A model generated the notes under the pieces. It saw only the letters and a list, made by a program, of their open reading frames with translations, was not told where the DNA came from and made no database searches. Below are positions 1 through 11,701 of a DNA stretch of 64,000 nt, piece by piece. Numbering within the stretch: the first letter of the stretch is position 1; the number at the start of each line of letters is the position of its first letter. This stretch comes from an uncultured Planctomycetota bacterium (GTDB taxonomy: Bacteria > Planctomycetota > Planctomycetia > Isosphaerales > Isosphaeraceae), in the NCBI GenBank assembly GCA_963823665.1, contig CAWGMQ010000005.1, forward strand, positions 64,001 to 128,000, given 5' to 3'. The position numbers were made by a program, and so were the translations under genes.

Positions 1-2679
1 TCGACGCAGATCGCTCGATCCTGATCGTGCTGGCCGTCGACAACAGCCAGATTGCCGTTCATCCCGGCGCCCTTCTGCGGAACCAGTTTGGACTGACGCC
101 TGCCAGGATCGAGCGCGATCTCATCCGGGACGTGTTCATTCCGTTCGCAGAGAAGGAGCAGTACCCCGAGGGGCTTGCCGCGCTCATTTCGGGTCTTCTC
201 AACCAGACGAACGACGCGATTGCTGCTCGCGATCATCTGACGGCGCGTGCGCCAGTGAAGATCACGGCGTCTGGTTCGAGCAAAAGCAAGGCGCAGACCA
301 AAACGGCGGGCGGCACACGGAGTGTGCCTGCTGCGACGCGCGAGCCGCAGGCGCCGGTTGTGCAGCGAGAGCTTCCTGACAAAGCGGTGACTGAGCAACC
401 TGTTCTGCCGGTGCGCTCGTCGTCGAATTGGATGACGGGCCTGACCGTCGTGGTTCCAATGGTGGGGACCGTATTGCTCTTGATCGTTGGTGCGCTCTGG
501 TGGGGATATCGCCGCACGCGATCGCGCGTGGCCGGGCGGATCAAGGATGTGAAATCGAAGGCGGTCGATGTGATGGATCACCTCGACGCGCTCAAGGAAC
601 GGATCAAGCTGCTGCCGGCCTCGCCCGAATTTCGTGAGCCCATGACCGGCGAGACGCAGGCGCTTTATCAATCGGCCAAGCAATCGAGCGACAACATCTG
701 GGACGGGTGGCTTCAGATCATGGAGGTGCTGGACAAGGCAGAGAAGCTCGCGGCGAAGTCGGGCTCGTTATTCTCCCAGGCGGCGCTCACCGAAGCGGAG
801 AACCTCATCAAACAGAAGGGATCGTTTCAGGAGATCGAGAACCAGGCGGAGCAGATCGGCAAGTCGGTCGACCGGCTGGAACGCGCGCACCCGGAAGCGC
901 ACGCCGTGCTCGATGCGGCGAGCGCCGCGCGACCCAAGCTCCTGGCGGGACTGGAAGCCCTCACCAAGCTTGACCTGCCCACCAAGCCGTATCAGGCCGA
1001 CGTCGAGGCGCAAGTCGCCGCGGAGGCGAAAGCCGGCTCGCAGATGGTTGCCGACCCGATGGGGATTCGGAAGGTGCTGGAAGAGCTGAAGGCGAAGTCG
1101 GAAAGTCTGCTCGCCCGGATCGAGCGAGTGGCGGCGCTCTGCGGGGATGTCAGGCAAGTGAAGGTCACGATCGAGACGATACGGAAACAGGTGGCGGCGC
1201 ATCGGGCTCAGGGGCTCAAGCTGCTCGAGAGTGGGGGCAACCCCGACCCGGCGCTTTCGCAGGGCGAAGCGGCGCAGGCTGAAGTGATCGCTGCCCTTCG
1301 CAACGGTGATGCCGGTCTTGGGGCTACCGCCTTGAGCACGGCCCAAGCGCGCGTTCAGGATGCCCAGACGACGATCGAACAGGTGCAAAAGGCCCGGTCT
1401 TTCTGCGATCGCGACCCTTCAGCCCGGCTGCGCGAAACCGAGCGCCTGCGCACGGCGATGTCTCAGGCCGAGTCTTATCAGGCCGATCTGGAGCGTGACT
1501 TTGCGCCCTCGTCGTGGAGCGCGGTGGGGCGAAATCTCGAGCAGGCACAGGGCCTTCTGGCGACGTTCGATCGCCAGGTGCAAGATGCTGCGCGGGCGGC
1601 CTCGAGCAGCAGCCAGGAGTATCTGAAGGGTGCGCGGACTCTCGAAGAGCTGGCCCGGCAGCAACAGATCGTGCTTCGACTCATGTCGGGGCTGGGCGAG
1701 CAGCTCAATTCGCTGGTCGCGGTGCGCAACGAGTCACGATCGTTGATCGAGCAGCTCGCAGCGAGCGAGCGAGCGGCCGAGCTTTTGATCCGCCAGAACG
1801 AGGCGGTGGTCGGACCACTGGCCGGTGAGAGCCTGGCGAAAGCGCAGCAAGTGAGGCAGGAGATCCTGCTGCGATCGGGCAGGCCCCGGCCCGACTGGCC
1901 CGCTTTGCGGCAGAGCCTCGCCGAGGCTATTGAGAATATGTCGATTGCCCAGTCGCAGGCCGAGGAGGACATCAAGAGCTTCGAGCAGTTGAACGGTGAA
2001 TTCGAAGGGGCCCGCCGGACGGCCAGCCGGGTGTACGCTCTGCTTTCCAGTCACCAGGAAGACCGGCTCGCGGCGAACCAGCATTATCAGGCTGCGGCTG
2101 ATTCGCTCGATCGGATAGCCATTTCGATGCAGGAGCCGCGGGGTATCGCGGCCTCGCTGCTGGCGCAGGTGCGAGACGCCGCGGCTGATCTCGCGCGGTC
2201 GGAGGAGCTGGCGCGCGAAGATATCCGTCTGGCTGCGCAAGCTCAGTCCGAGATCAGCGACGCTCTGCAGGCCATTCGTCAAGCTCAGGGCTACGCCGGC
2301 ATGGGGATCGGCGCCGACACCGGCGGAGCCCAATCTCAGCTCATGCAGGCCGAGCAGCTTCTGCAATCGCAGAACTACGAGCAGTCAATTCAATATGCCG
2401 GGGCCGCCACGCAGCTCGCGCGACAGGTGTACTACGCCGCGATGCAGCAAGCGATGTTGCAACAAGCCGCGGAAATGGCCGAGCAACGGAGGCGGGCTGC
2501 CCGGGCGGCCGCGCCCGCGTGGGGATGGAATCAGCTTCGGGACCGCCGCGGCGACCGCAGCAGCGGCCACGATCCTTGAGAATGCCGTGACCGCCCCACC
2601 GCCGGACCCGGGGCCTGAGCCGGAACCGGCGACAGCCGGCGGCTCCTGGGGTGGCGAAACGGCCCAGGGAAGCTGGTGA
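1..2679 (+). CDS. Membrane-anchored long coiled-coil protein (possible N-terminal TPM-like domain), 5'-truncated by window; frameshift near 2525
   Basis: ORF 27..2579 has one TM helix (GLTVVVPMVGTVLLLIVGALWWGY) then ~650 aa of A/Q/E-rich helix; the Gly-rich tail GISFGTAAA...GGSWGGETAQGSW lies in ORF 2395..2679. Confidence 0.6.
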
Positions 2680-2833
2680 AGAAACACGGGAATTTCGGTG
2701 GCTTGACCGAGGGCGCATCCTGGTCCATAATGAAGAATGTGTTGCTGGAAGCTTCAGGTTGGATGTTCTCACCCGGCCCAAGCTAGCCACCACTGTTTAC
2801 CCACCTTCTCAATCGCGTGATCGGGGTTTTGTC

Positions 2834-3377
2834 GTGAAGGGGCGGCGCATCGAACAATCACCGGGGTCGCGCATCCTGTTCGTCGGGATCGTGATTCTGA
2901 GCGTGATTCATGTGCCGCTGCCGCAGGCGGACTATCACAACGTTCGCCATCACGACGGTGCGGGCGAGGTCTGCGATCACCACGATCACTCTGCTGCGCT
3001 GGCACCCTTCGGCCGAATCGGACGCCGACGTGACGCTGCTCCACTGGCACTGGTTCCTGCCGCTGCTAGAAGGACCCGATTCGCATCAGCGTTCCGATGA
3101 CGACCACCACCGACCGGGCTCCGGCCCCGCGATTCACGCGCACGTCGGTGACGGTCTGGTACCGGAAGACTGGCAAAGCGAGCCGCTCTTTGGGACGGCG
3201 GGATCATGGCAGTTGATCGATCAACTCGCGTTCGATGGCTCGATCGCGGGTGCGGCACTTTCTGCCGACGCTTGCGATGTAAGCGATGCGCCATTGGGAG
3301 TTCTCTCGGGTCAAGCCTCCCCCGTGGAGTTAGTGTGCGCGCAGCGGACCGCTCTATTACAGCGATGGAACTGCTGA
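2834..3377 (+). CDS. His-rich putative exported/membrane protein upstream of metal efflux genes; frameshift near 2990
   Basis: Hydrophobic N-terminus ILFVGIVILSVIHVPLP, then HNVRHHDG..CDHHDH in one frame, continuing LLRWHP..LHWHWFLP..DDDHHRP..IHAH in ORF 2910..3377. Confidence 0.55.
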
Positions 3378-3661
3378 TCTGGCCCACCCGCGCGCCCTTC
3401 TTTTTCTCTTCTACGCGCGGGCATGAGTGATCAAATCAGCCGCGCTGGCCGTCGAGCGAACGGCTTGTGCGAAAGCCGTCAACTTGTGCGGGTTGGAAGC
3501 GAGAAAGCCCGGTGGCGCGATCGCGCCGTGCTTCCTTCGCCGGGCACGCCTTCCTGGAGCCGGCGGAGTGATGAGCGAGCCGTGGCCGACTCTGGATCAC
3601 CCGTGAATATTCTCGATCGAAGGGACCTCGTCGTCTGGCGACCTTGGTGGGAGCAATTGCC

Positions 3662-5333
3662 ATGTCTGTTGCACTGAGCCAGCGCCCCTGGGGCAAACGA
3701 TCGATCCAGGCCGCCCTGCCCTGGATTGGGATGGGCCTTTGCGTGGGGCTGTTCATTACCTACATCGCGTATGAGCGTTTGTTTGGCAAGCCGCTCAAAT
3801 CCGGGTCGGGGACTCCGGCTTCGCAAGCTGCCGAGCAAGACGGTGGCGGAAAGCCGGCGCAACGGCCACCCGGCGGCGTGAACACCGTCACGCTCGACGA
3901 ATCGAAATTTGCGGTTGCGAAGATCATGATTGAAGAAGTGCGCATCGACAAGATTGCGACGGACGTGTCGGTCGTCGGGCAAATCCAGGCGAACATGGAC
4001 GAGCAGGTCGAAATCCGCCCTCGCTCTGCGGGGATCATTCGCGAGGTTCCAGCCAAGCTGGGCCAGCGGATCAAACGTGGCGACACGCTGGTGACGCTCG
4101 ACAGCCCGGACATCGGCACCGCGCGGCTGAACCTGCGGGCCAAGCAGCGCGAGCTGTCGACCGCGCGGTTCGAATATGGCTGGAAGAAGGAAATCGCGGG
4201 CAACGTCGCCCTGCTCATTCCCGAGCTGAAGCGTGGTATCAGGCGAGCGCCGGAGTGCACTCTCGGACGACGATGAGCACATGGAGCAACCACCCAAGCC
4301 GCGTGGGAAGGCGCCGGTGTCGAGCTCATCGACCGATGCTCGAGTGATCGAGAAGCAATTCGCGGACAAGCAACTGGGCACCTATCGGGGCACCCTCTTG
4401 CAGGCGTACGCGGACTTTGACATCGCCAGCCACGAGGAGCAGAAGCAAGCCTACCTGTTGCGGAAGGATATCGTGGGGGAGCATCCGGCGCTTGTGGCGC
4501 GGCATACGCGAGAGGGAATTCAAGCCAAGCTCGAAGCAGCGATCGAGCAGGTGCACTATGACGCGGAATGGGAGAGGCGAGTGGCCGCGCAGGGTGTGCA
4601 ACTGGCGGAGGCGACGGTCGTGGATGCGGCGCTGCGATTGCGCATCCTGGGTGTCTCCGAGGATATTCAAGACCTGCTCGACCACGCCGACCTCGCGAGC
4701 ACCCGCGCTCGCGAGGAAGACGTCACGTACTACCGGATCACGGCACCCTTTGACGGGACGATCATCAAGAAGACGCCGACGGCGGTTCGAAGCCAGAAGG
4801 CTGATCTGAACGACGTTCTGTTCATGCTGGCCGACTTGCGCACGGTCTGGGTAACGGCCAACGTCTCCGAGGTGAACGTCGCCAAGCTTCCCAAGATCAA
4901 GGACGGTACCTTCAGCCTGAGCGCCAAAGCCTATCCCGGCCGCGAATTCTCGGCGCGGCTGCTTTCCGTCGGCGCGGCAGTTGATGCCCAGACCCGTACC
5001 GTGCCGGTGCTCGCCCAGGCGGAGAATGCCGATGACCTTTTCAAGCTGGGAATGAACGTGCAGATCCACCTGGACAGCTCGTCGACCGAGTCGGTGCTGA
5101 CGGTTCCCGACGCCGCGGTGGTGGAAATCGATGGTCAGAGCTACGTGTTCGTACCGGTCAAGAATGGACCGAGTGAACACGTTTTCTCTCCTCGCCCGGT
5201 GGAGATCGGGCGGACGACCAACGGCCGCGTGGTGCTCACGGCCGGCCTGGCCAAGGGCGAGAAGGTCGTCTCCTTCGGGAGCTTCATGCTCAAGAGCGAG
5301 CTCATTCTGCGGAATCAAGCCGACGAGGAATAA
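3662..5333 (+). CDS. czcB: RND efflux periplasmic adaptor (CzcB/CusB-like); frameshift near 4235
   Basis: N-terminal TM; lipoyl-like IRPRSAGIIREV..LGQRIKRGDTL; ITAPFDGTI; ADLRTVWV; VDAQTRTV; directly upstream of a CzcA-like gene. Confidence 0.8.
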
Positions 5334-5356
5334 TAGTCACGAAGGCGGGTGCACCG

Positions 5357-8300
5357 ATGCTCAACTCGATCATCCAATCATCGCTCAACAACCGGTTTTT
5401 CGTGATCATGGCCACCATCCTGGTCGGCGGGATGGGGGTGTATTCCGCGCTCCATCTGGCGATCGACGCAGTGCCCGACCTGACGAACGTGCAGGTGCAG
5501 GTGATCACCGAATCACCGGCGCTTTCACCTGTCGAGGTGGACTCGCTCCTGTCGTTTCCGGTCTCAGGCGCGATGAGCGGGTTGCCTGACGTCGAGCAGA
5601 TTCGGTCGATCTCCAAGTTCGGCGTTTCCGTGGTCACAGTCGTTTTCAAGGAGGGGACGGACATCTACCGGGCGCGTCAGCTCGTGGGCGAGCGGCTGCC
5701 GCGCGCGGCCGAGGCCATCCCGCCGGGTTACGGCACGCCGATGCTGGGGCCGATCGCCACGGCGCTGGGCGAAGTCTTTCAGTTCCAGGTGAAGGCGACC
5801 AAGGAATCCGGGCTGACGCCGATGGACCTTCGCACCCTACTCGACTGGTTCATCGCCTACCAGTTGCGACGCGTGGAAGGCGTGACCGAGATCAACGCGC
5901 ATGGCGGCGAGATGAAGACGTACGAGGTCGAGCCCGACCCCGATGAGCTGGCGGCCCGTCGGCTGTCGATGACCGAGCTCTTCGCGGCGCTCAAGTCCAA
6001 CAATGCCAACGTGGGGGGCGGCTACCTGGTTCATGAAGGCGAGGCCCGCTACATCCGCGGTGTCAGCCAGGTGCGCACGATCGAGGACATCGCCGCGATC
6101 GTCATTGACGAGCGCGACGGAGTGCCTGTCACCGTGCGGGATGTGGCCAAGGTGAGGACGGCGCCGATGATCCGGGCGGGCCTGGCGACACGAGATGGCC
6201 AGGGAGAGATCGTCACGGGACTGGTGATGATGCTGATCGGCCAGAATGGACGCGAGGTCGTCGATCGGGTGAAGAAGGAAATCGAAGAGCTGAAGAAGCG
6301 GCTGCCGCCCGGAGTGACGATCGAGCCGCTCTACGATCGAACTCACCTGATCGAGCACACGCTCAGCACAGTTCTGCACAACCTGACAGCGGGTGGCGCG
6401 CTCGTCATCTTGATCCTGCTGGTGATGCTGGGAAACCTGCGTGGTGGAATCATCGTGGCACTGGCGATCCCGCTCTCCATGCTCTTCGCCGCCAATGTCA
6501 TGCTGGCGCTGGGAATCTCGGCGAGCTTGATGAGTCTCGGGGCCATCGACTTCGGCCTGATCGTGGATTCGAGCGTGATCATGATCGAGAACTGCGTGAG
6601 ACGACTGGCGCACGAGGGCGGAACCCGGCCCAAGATCGACATCGTGCGCGATGCCGCGATCGAAGTGCGCAAGCCGACAATGTTCGGCGAGCTGATCATC
6701 GCGATCGTTTACCTGCCGATCCTGGCGCTGCAGGGCACGGAAGGGAAACTCTTCCGGCCGATGGCGCTGACGGTGATTTTCGCACTCGCGGGGTCGCTGC
6801 TCCTGTCGCTCACGCTCATGCCGGTGCTGGCGTCAATGGGGCTCTCCAGCCGGCCAATGGAGAAAGACGTATGGGTACTGCGATGGGCGAAGCACATCTA
6901 TCAGCCGGTACTTGATTTCTTCATCCGCCGCCCGGTTCTCGCGGTGGTGATCGCGCTATCGCTGCTGGTTGCGAGTGTGCCGACGGCGCTTCATCTCGGA
7001 GGCGAGTTCATGCCCCGGTTGAATGAAGGAGACCTCCTGGTCGAGGCCGTGCGAATCCCGTCCGCTTCGCTCGAGGGGGCCGTGGCCGCTTCCACTCAGA
7101 TCGAGAACTTGCTCAAGACGATTCCGGAGGTGCGGCTGGTGTATTGCAAGACCGGGCGCCCGGAGATCGCCAACGACGTGATGGGGGTTCACCAGACCGA
7201 CGTCTGGACGATGCTCAAGCCACCGAGCGAGTGGCGGGCGGGCCTCACGCGGGACATGTTGATCGAGGAGATGGACAAGTTGCTGGGCGAGCATGTGCCG
7301 GGGGTGAAATTCGGTTTCAGCCAGCCGATCGAGATGCGGGTGAACGAACTGGTCGCGGGCGTCAAGAGCGACGTCGCGGTGCTCATCTACGGGCCGGACC
7401 TGAAAGTGCTGCGGAAGCTTTCGCTCGAAGTCGAGCGCGTCATATCGAAAATCGACGGCGCCCGCGACGTGAAGAACCCGACCGCCGGCCGCCTGCCGAT
7501 GCTGCGCATCAACGTCCGGCGCGATCAACTGGCGCGCTTCGGCATCAAGGCCTCGGACGTTCTGGACGCGGTCGCGGCGCTCGGCGGAACGACGGTGGGC
7601 ACGGTCTTCGAGGAAGACAAACGGCACCCGCTGCGCGTTCGCCTGCCGGAGTCCTGGCGCGAAGACCCCGCGCAGATGGAGTCGATCCGGGTGGTCGATC
7701 CGAAGGGGCGGCCGACCTTGCTCAAGGACCTGGCCGAATTCGTCAAGGAAGAAGGGGAGAGCGAGGTCGAACGCGAAAACGCCCAGCACCGGGCTGTTGT
7801 GGGTGTCAACGTGCGGGGCCGGGATATCGCCAGCTTCGTCGCCGAAGCCCAGCGCGCCATCGAGGAGCAGGTCAAGTTTCCTCATCTGTACCATCCTCGC
7901 TGGGGCGGCCAGTTCGAGCATTTGCAGACGGCGGTCCAGCGATTGCTGATCGTCGTTCCGGTGACGCTGCTCTTGATCCTTCTACTGCTTTACGGCTCGC
8001 TTCATTCGTTTCGACTGGTTGCCCTGATCGCCCCGACCTTGCCGATGGCTGCCACGGGCGGTGTCTTCGCGCTCTACCTGCGAGGAATGCCGTTTTCAAT
8101 CTCGGCCGCGGTCGGTTTCATCGCTCTCTTTGGCGTCGCCGTTCTCAATGGCCTGGTATGGGTGAGCGCGGTCGAGCACCTTCGCGAAGGAGGCGCTTCG
8201 CCCCACGAGGCCGCGCGCGAAGCGGCCGTTGTGCGGCTTCGCCCGATCCTGATGACTGCGCTCGTCGCCGGGCTGGGATTCATCCCGATGGCGGTGGCCA

Positions 8301-8440
8301 CCACTCCTGGCGCCGAAATCCAGCGGCCGCTGGCCACCGTCGTCATCGGTGGAGTCATCACATCGACTCTTTTGACCTCGCTCGTGTTGCCCTCGATCTA
8401 CCCGTGGTTCGCTCGAAAATCGATACTGGAGGACAGATGA
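5357..8440 (+). CDS. czcA: CusA/CzcA family heavy-metal efflux RND permease
   Basis: 1027 aa; IDAVPDLTNVQVQV, SLGAIDFGLIVDSSVIMIEN, RLRPILMTA, GAEIQRPLATVVIGG. Confidence 0.93.
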   Translation: MLNSIIQSSLNNRFFVIMATILVGGMGVYSALHLAIDAVPDLTNVQVQVITESPALSPVEVDSLLSFPVSGAMSGLPDVEQIRSISKFGVSVVTVVFKEGTDIYRARQLVGERLPRAAEAIPPGYGTPMLGPIATALGEVFQFQVKATKESGLTPMDLRTLLDWFIAYQLRRVEGVTEINAHGGEMKTYEVEPDPDELAARRLSMTELFAALKSNNANVGGGYLVHEGEARYIRGVSQVRTIEDIAAIVIDERDGVPVTVRDVAKVRTAPMIRAGLATRDGQGEIVTGLVMMLIGQNGREVVDRVKKEIEELKKRLPPGVTIEPLYDRTHLIEHTLSTVLHNLTAGGALVILILLVMLGNLRGGIIVALAIPLSMLFAANVMLALGISASLMSLGAIDFGLIVDSSVIMIENCVRRLAHEGGTRPKIDIVRDAAIEVRKPTMFGELIIAIVYLPILALQGTEGKLFRPMALTVIFALAGSLLLSLTLMPVLASMGLSSRPMEKDVWVLRWAKHIYQPVLDFFIRRPVLAVVIALSLLVASVPTALHLGGEFMPRLNEGDLLVEAVRIPSASLEGAVAASTQIENLLKTIPEVRLVYCKTGRPEIANDVMGVHQTDVWTMLKPPSEWRAGLTRDMLIEEMDKLLGEHVPGVKFGFSQPIEMRVNELVAGVKSDVAVLIYGPDLKVLRKLSLEVERVISKIDGARDVKNPTAGRLPMLRINVRRDQLARFGIKASDVLDAVAALGGTTVGTVFEEDKRHPLRVRLPESWREDPAQMESIRVVDPKGRPTLLKDLAEFVKEEGESEVERENAQHRAVVGVNVRGRDIASFVAEAQRAIEEQVKFPHLYHPRWGGQFEHLQTAVQRLLIVVPVTLLLILLLLYGSLHSFRLVALIAPTLPMAATGGVFALYLRGMPFSISAAVGFIALFGVAVLNGLVWVSAVEHLREGGASPHEAAREAAVVRLRPILMTALVAGLGFIPMAVATTPGAEIQRPLATVVIGGVITSTLLTSLVLPSIYPWFARKSILEDR

Positions 8441-8530
8441 CCAGGATCAGGCCGCCAGTCCGGGACGGGCGCGGACACTGATCGGCGCTCGAGGGATTTC
8501 GCGGCGAGTCGATCACCTGGTGTCCATCAC

Positions 8531-9954
8531 TTACTTCGCACCGGAGACGATCGCCGGTTTGCGGGTGTGCCAGTCGGTCAGCGATTCGTAGGCGGCCGCT
8601 GCGCGGAACAGGGTTGCTTCATCCCACGGACGTCCGACGAGCTGAAGGCCGACCGGCAGGCCCTCCGGCGTAAACCCGCAGGGGATCGATACCGCCGGCT
8701 GACCGGTCAGATTGAACGGGAGCGTCAGGTCGAGAAACGCGCGCACGAGCGGAACTTCCTGGCCGCCGAGGGTCGCGGTGGTCGCGCCGATTGACGGAGC
8801 CGCGATCGGGCTCGTCGGTGTGACCAGCACGTCAAACGACCGCCAGAGCACCGGTACGCTGCGATTGTGTTGCGGCGCACCTGCTGCCCCGCCAGGTACT
8901 GCGGGGCGGTGAGAAAAAGGCCCGCCTGGAGCAGCGGCCGCACCTCGTCAGAAAACTCGGCCGCCCTGGTGCGAATCAGCTCCTCATGAGCTGCGGAGGC
9001 CTCGCTGAAGATGATCGCGCGATGTGCGCCGACAACCGGGTTCAGCGGTGGGAATCGCACGTCGACGAGCGTCGCTCCCGCCTTTTGCAGAACGCCGAGA
9101 GAGTCCTGGATCGCTGCGGCGACGCCCGGGTCCATTCGGGCAAGGAACTGATCGTGCGGCACGCCGATGCGGATGCGTTTCAGCCCACCATTTAAAGCAT
9201 TCAAATAGCTGGGAACTTCTCCGCGGCGCGTCGCGGTGTCCTTGGGGTCGAGTCCGGCCATCACCGACAGGAGCACCGCGGCGTCTCCGACGTCTCGCGA
9301 CATCGGACCGACAGTGTCCATCGACCATGAAAGCGGAATGCCACCATGGCGGCTGACCCGCCCGTAGGTGACCTTGACGCCGACGACACCACAGAGCGCG
9401 GCCGGCTGCCGATTCGAGCCGCCCGTATCGCCGCCGACGGCGGCAAGCACCATGCCCGAGGCGAGTGCGGCCGCATTCCCGCCGCTGCTGCCGCCGGGGA
9501 TGCGTGACAGGTTCCAGGGATTGTGGCAATCTCCGTAGAACGGATTGCGGCTGGTGAAACCATAGGCCATTTCGTGCATCGCCGACTTGCCCACGATGAC
9601 GCAGCCTGCGTTTCTGAGCCGCTCTACAACCGTCGCATCCTCGCGCGGGACGAAGTTCGCGAAGACCTTTGTGCCGCCGGTGGTGCGAACTCCCCTGGTC
9701 CAGAAACTGTCCTTGATCGCGGTGGGAACACCAGCGAGCGGCATGCCCGCCCCCTGGCCCGAGGCGACCTTGCGGTCAACCTGTGCGGCCGCAGCGAGCG
9801 CTTCATCTTTCATGACGGTGATGAAGGCGTGCAGGGTCGGGTTCAGCTTGTCGATCCGCTCCAGGGCAGCCTCGGTTACAGCAACCGCGGTCAGCTCACG
9901 GCGGCGCACGGCGTCGGCGACTTTGCGGGCCGTGAGCGTTGTCAGGTCGATCAT
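8531..9954 (-). CDS. Amidase signature family protein (GatA/AtzE-like); frameshift near 8855
   Basis: PLAGVPTAIKD, NPWNLSRIPGGSSGG, GGDTGGSNRQPAALCG; C-terminal PFNLTGQPAVSIPCG..GLPVGLQLVG in ORF 8531..8851. Confidence 0.85.
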
Positions 9955-10160
9955 GACGGCCACTCCTCGACAACGACGCCGCTCTCGGGCTCAACCGAGC
10001 GCCGGTCGCCTGGCGGCATCAGGCGAATTTCGTCGAAAAGTCCGTTCAACGTGGTCGTCAGGGCGTCGATCTCGCCTTGAGCGAGCGAGATTCCGAGCTG
10101 TTCGCTCGCGAAGCGACGAATCGTCTCCGCTTCGAGTATCGGCTTGGCTAAGTCTGGCAT
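9951..10160 (-). CDS. Small amidase partner protein (GatC/AtzG-like)
   Basis: ~69 aa MPDLAKPILEAETIRRFASEQLGISL..VEPESG; its TGA overlaps the amidase ATG (ATGA at 9951-9954). Confidence 0.6.
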   Translation of the reverse strand: MPDLAKPILEAETIRRFASEQLGISLAQGEIDALTTTLNGLFDEIRLMPPGDRRSVEPESGVVVEEWPS

Positions 10161-10355
10161 GGGCATCTCTCGTCGCGATATGTCGGATCTGCTTGGTGTC
10201 AGGTAACCGGCTGAACTGGCTCTCGTCACGGTGACACTTTGCACCAAACGCGCGAGACACACAACAGAAAACCACAATCGAGGTTAGTGGTGGCGTGATC
10301 ACTCTCGGGCTACAATGGCCGCAATGGCTCGTTTTCTGGTAGTCGTCGAACGAAT

Positions 10356-11183
10356 ATGGCCGAAAGCTCATCTCCGACCGACCTGTCTCCCATGCGGGAA
10401 GGGCCAATTCCGGCAATCGATCGGCTGAGCGCATCGCGGCGCCCGCATCAATCGGCCGTGATGCGCCAGAAGTGGCGCGACCTCTTGTTCCTGCACTGGT
10501 CGGTTGACGCCCAGGAACTGCGACGTGTTGTTCCGCCGGAACTCGACTTGGACCTGTTCGAGGGAACGGCCTATGTGGGTCTGGTGTTTTTCACGATGAC
10601 GGGCGTGCGCCCCGTCGGGTTTCCGCCCGTCTGGGGGCTATCCAGCTTTCACGAGACGAACCTCCGAACCTATGTCCGACTAGGTAACCGGGACCCGGGC
10701 GTCTGGTTTTTCAACCTCGAAGCCGCGAACTCCATCGCCGTGCTTCTGGCCCGCACCATCTTTCACTTGCCGTACCATCGTTCGCGGATGTTCATGGAAC
10801 GAGAACGGACGCATCACGAAGACAGCGCGGGCCTCACGACGATCATGTATGGGGGCGTGCGCCAATGGCCAGGACCAATCCCGGCCTCGTACAGCACGCG
10901 AGCGAGCGTTGGCGGACCGACGCGCGTCGCCGGGCCAGGTACGCTCGACCACTTCCTGATCGAGCGCTACATCCTGTACTCCCGGAAGGCCGACAGCGTC
11001 TTTCAGGGCCGTGTTCACCATGAACCCTATCCAATTCAGTCGGCGAGCGTTGACTATATTCACGAGAACCTGCTGAGTAGCTGGAATCTCCATAAATCCG
11101 AAGATGCCCCTTTAACCCATTTCTCCAAAGGTGTCGACGTCGAGGTCTTCCCGCTACGTCCCGTCGCAGGAAGCCTTTACTGA
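10356..11183 (+). CDS. DUF2071 / YqjF family protein
   Basis: MRQKWRDLLFLHW, FHETNLRTYV, PGVWFFNLEA, FLIERY. Confidence 0.85.
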   Translation: MAESSSPTDLSPMREGPIPAIDRLSASRRPHQSAVMRQKWRDLLFLHWSVDAQELRRVVPPELDLDLFEGTAYVGLVFFTMTGVRPVGFPPVWGLSSFHETNLRTYVRLGNRDPGVWFFNLEAANSIAVLLARTIFHLPYHRSRMFMERERTHHEDSAGLTTIMYGGVRQWPGPIPASYSTRASVGGPTRVAGPGTLDHFLIERYILYSRKADSVFQGRVHHEPYPIQSASVDYIHENLLSSWNLHKSEDAPLTHFSKGVDVEVFPLRPVAGSLY

Positions 11184-11701
11184 ATCCCTGCAAGGCCTCA
11201 GTTTAACACGAATCGCCTGCGGGAGCGGTGAACGAATTCGTTCGTCAGCCTGCCGATGAGGTCGATGTAACGGCCCTGCTGGCCAAATTCGCTCAACTGA
11301 GCGTTTTTGTACCGTTTGTTGAACAAGTTTTTGATCGGCGGCCGGCCACGCTTATCTTGGCTCGGATGGAAGTTGCGTTCCAAGGAGCGAATACATTGTT
11401 CGCACAATGACGTTAGCATTAACAATATACATTTATATCACGCTATAACTACGCAATAGCAACTGTCACGATGTTGTTTTTTTTCAACATCCCAGAAAAG
11501 GGTTGCATTTCGGGGAACGACATCCCATCCTTGGCGACTCACATGGGTCGGCTGGGAGCCCAGAACGGTCGCTTCCCGGATTCGGGTGAACTGGCCGTAC
11601 GGATTGGAGCCGCGTGGAGCGTCTCCTACTCATGTTGCTCGTGGGAGTCTTGTCCATTGGAGAGCACCATTCGTCGCTCAAGGATCCACAACTCAACCTG
11701 G

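Noticed and set aside
3378..3661. Metal-sensing riboswitch in the czcB leader
   Set aside because: Only one simple stem is visible; I cannot match a NiCo or other riboswitch consensus by eye
5837..8481. Long antisense or alternate-frame ORFs over czcA (similarly over pyk, the GTPase and 58180..60171)
   Set aside because: Shadow ORFs expected in high-GC coding DNA; the recognised gene occupies another frame
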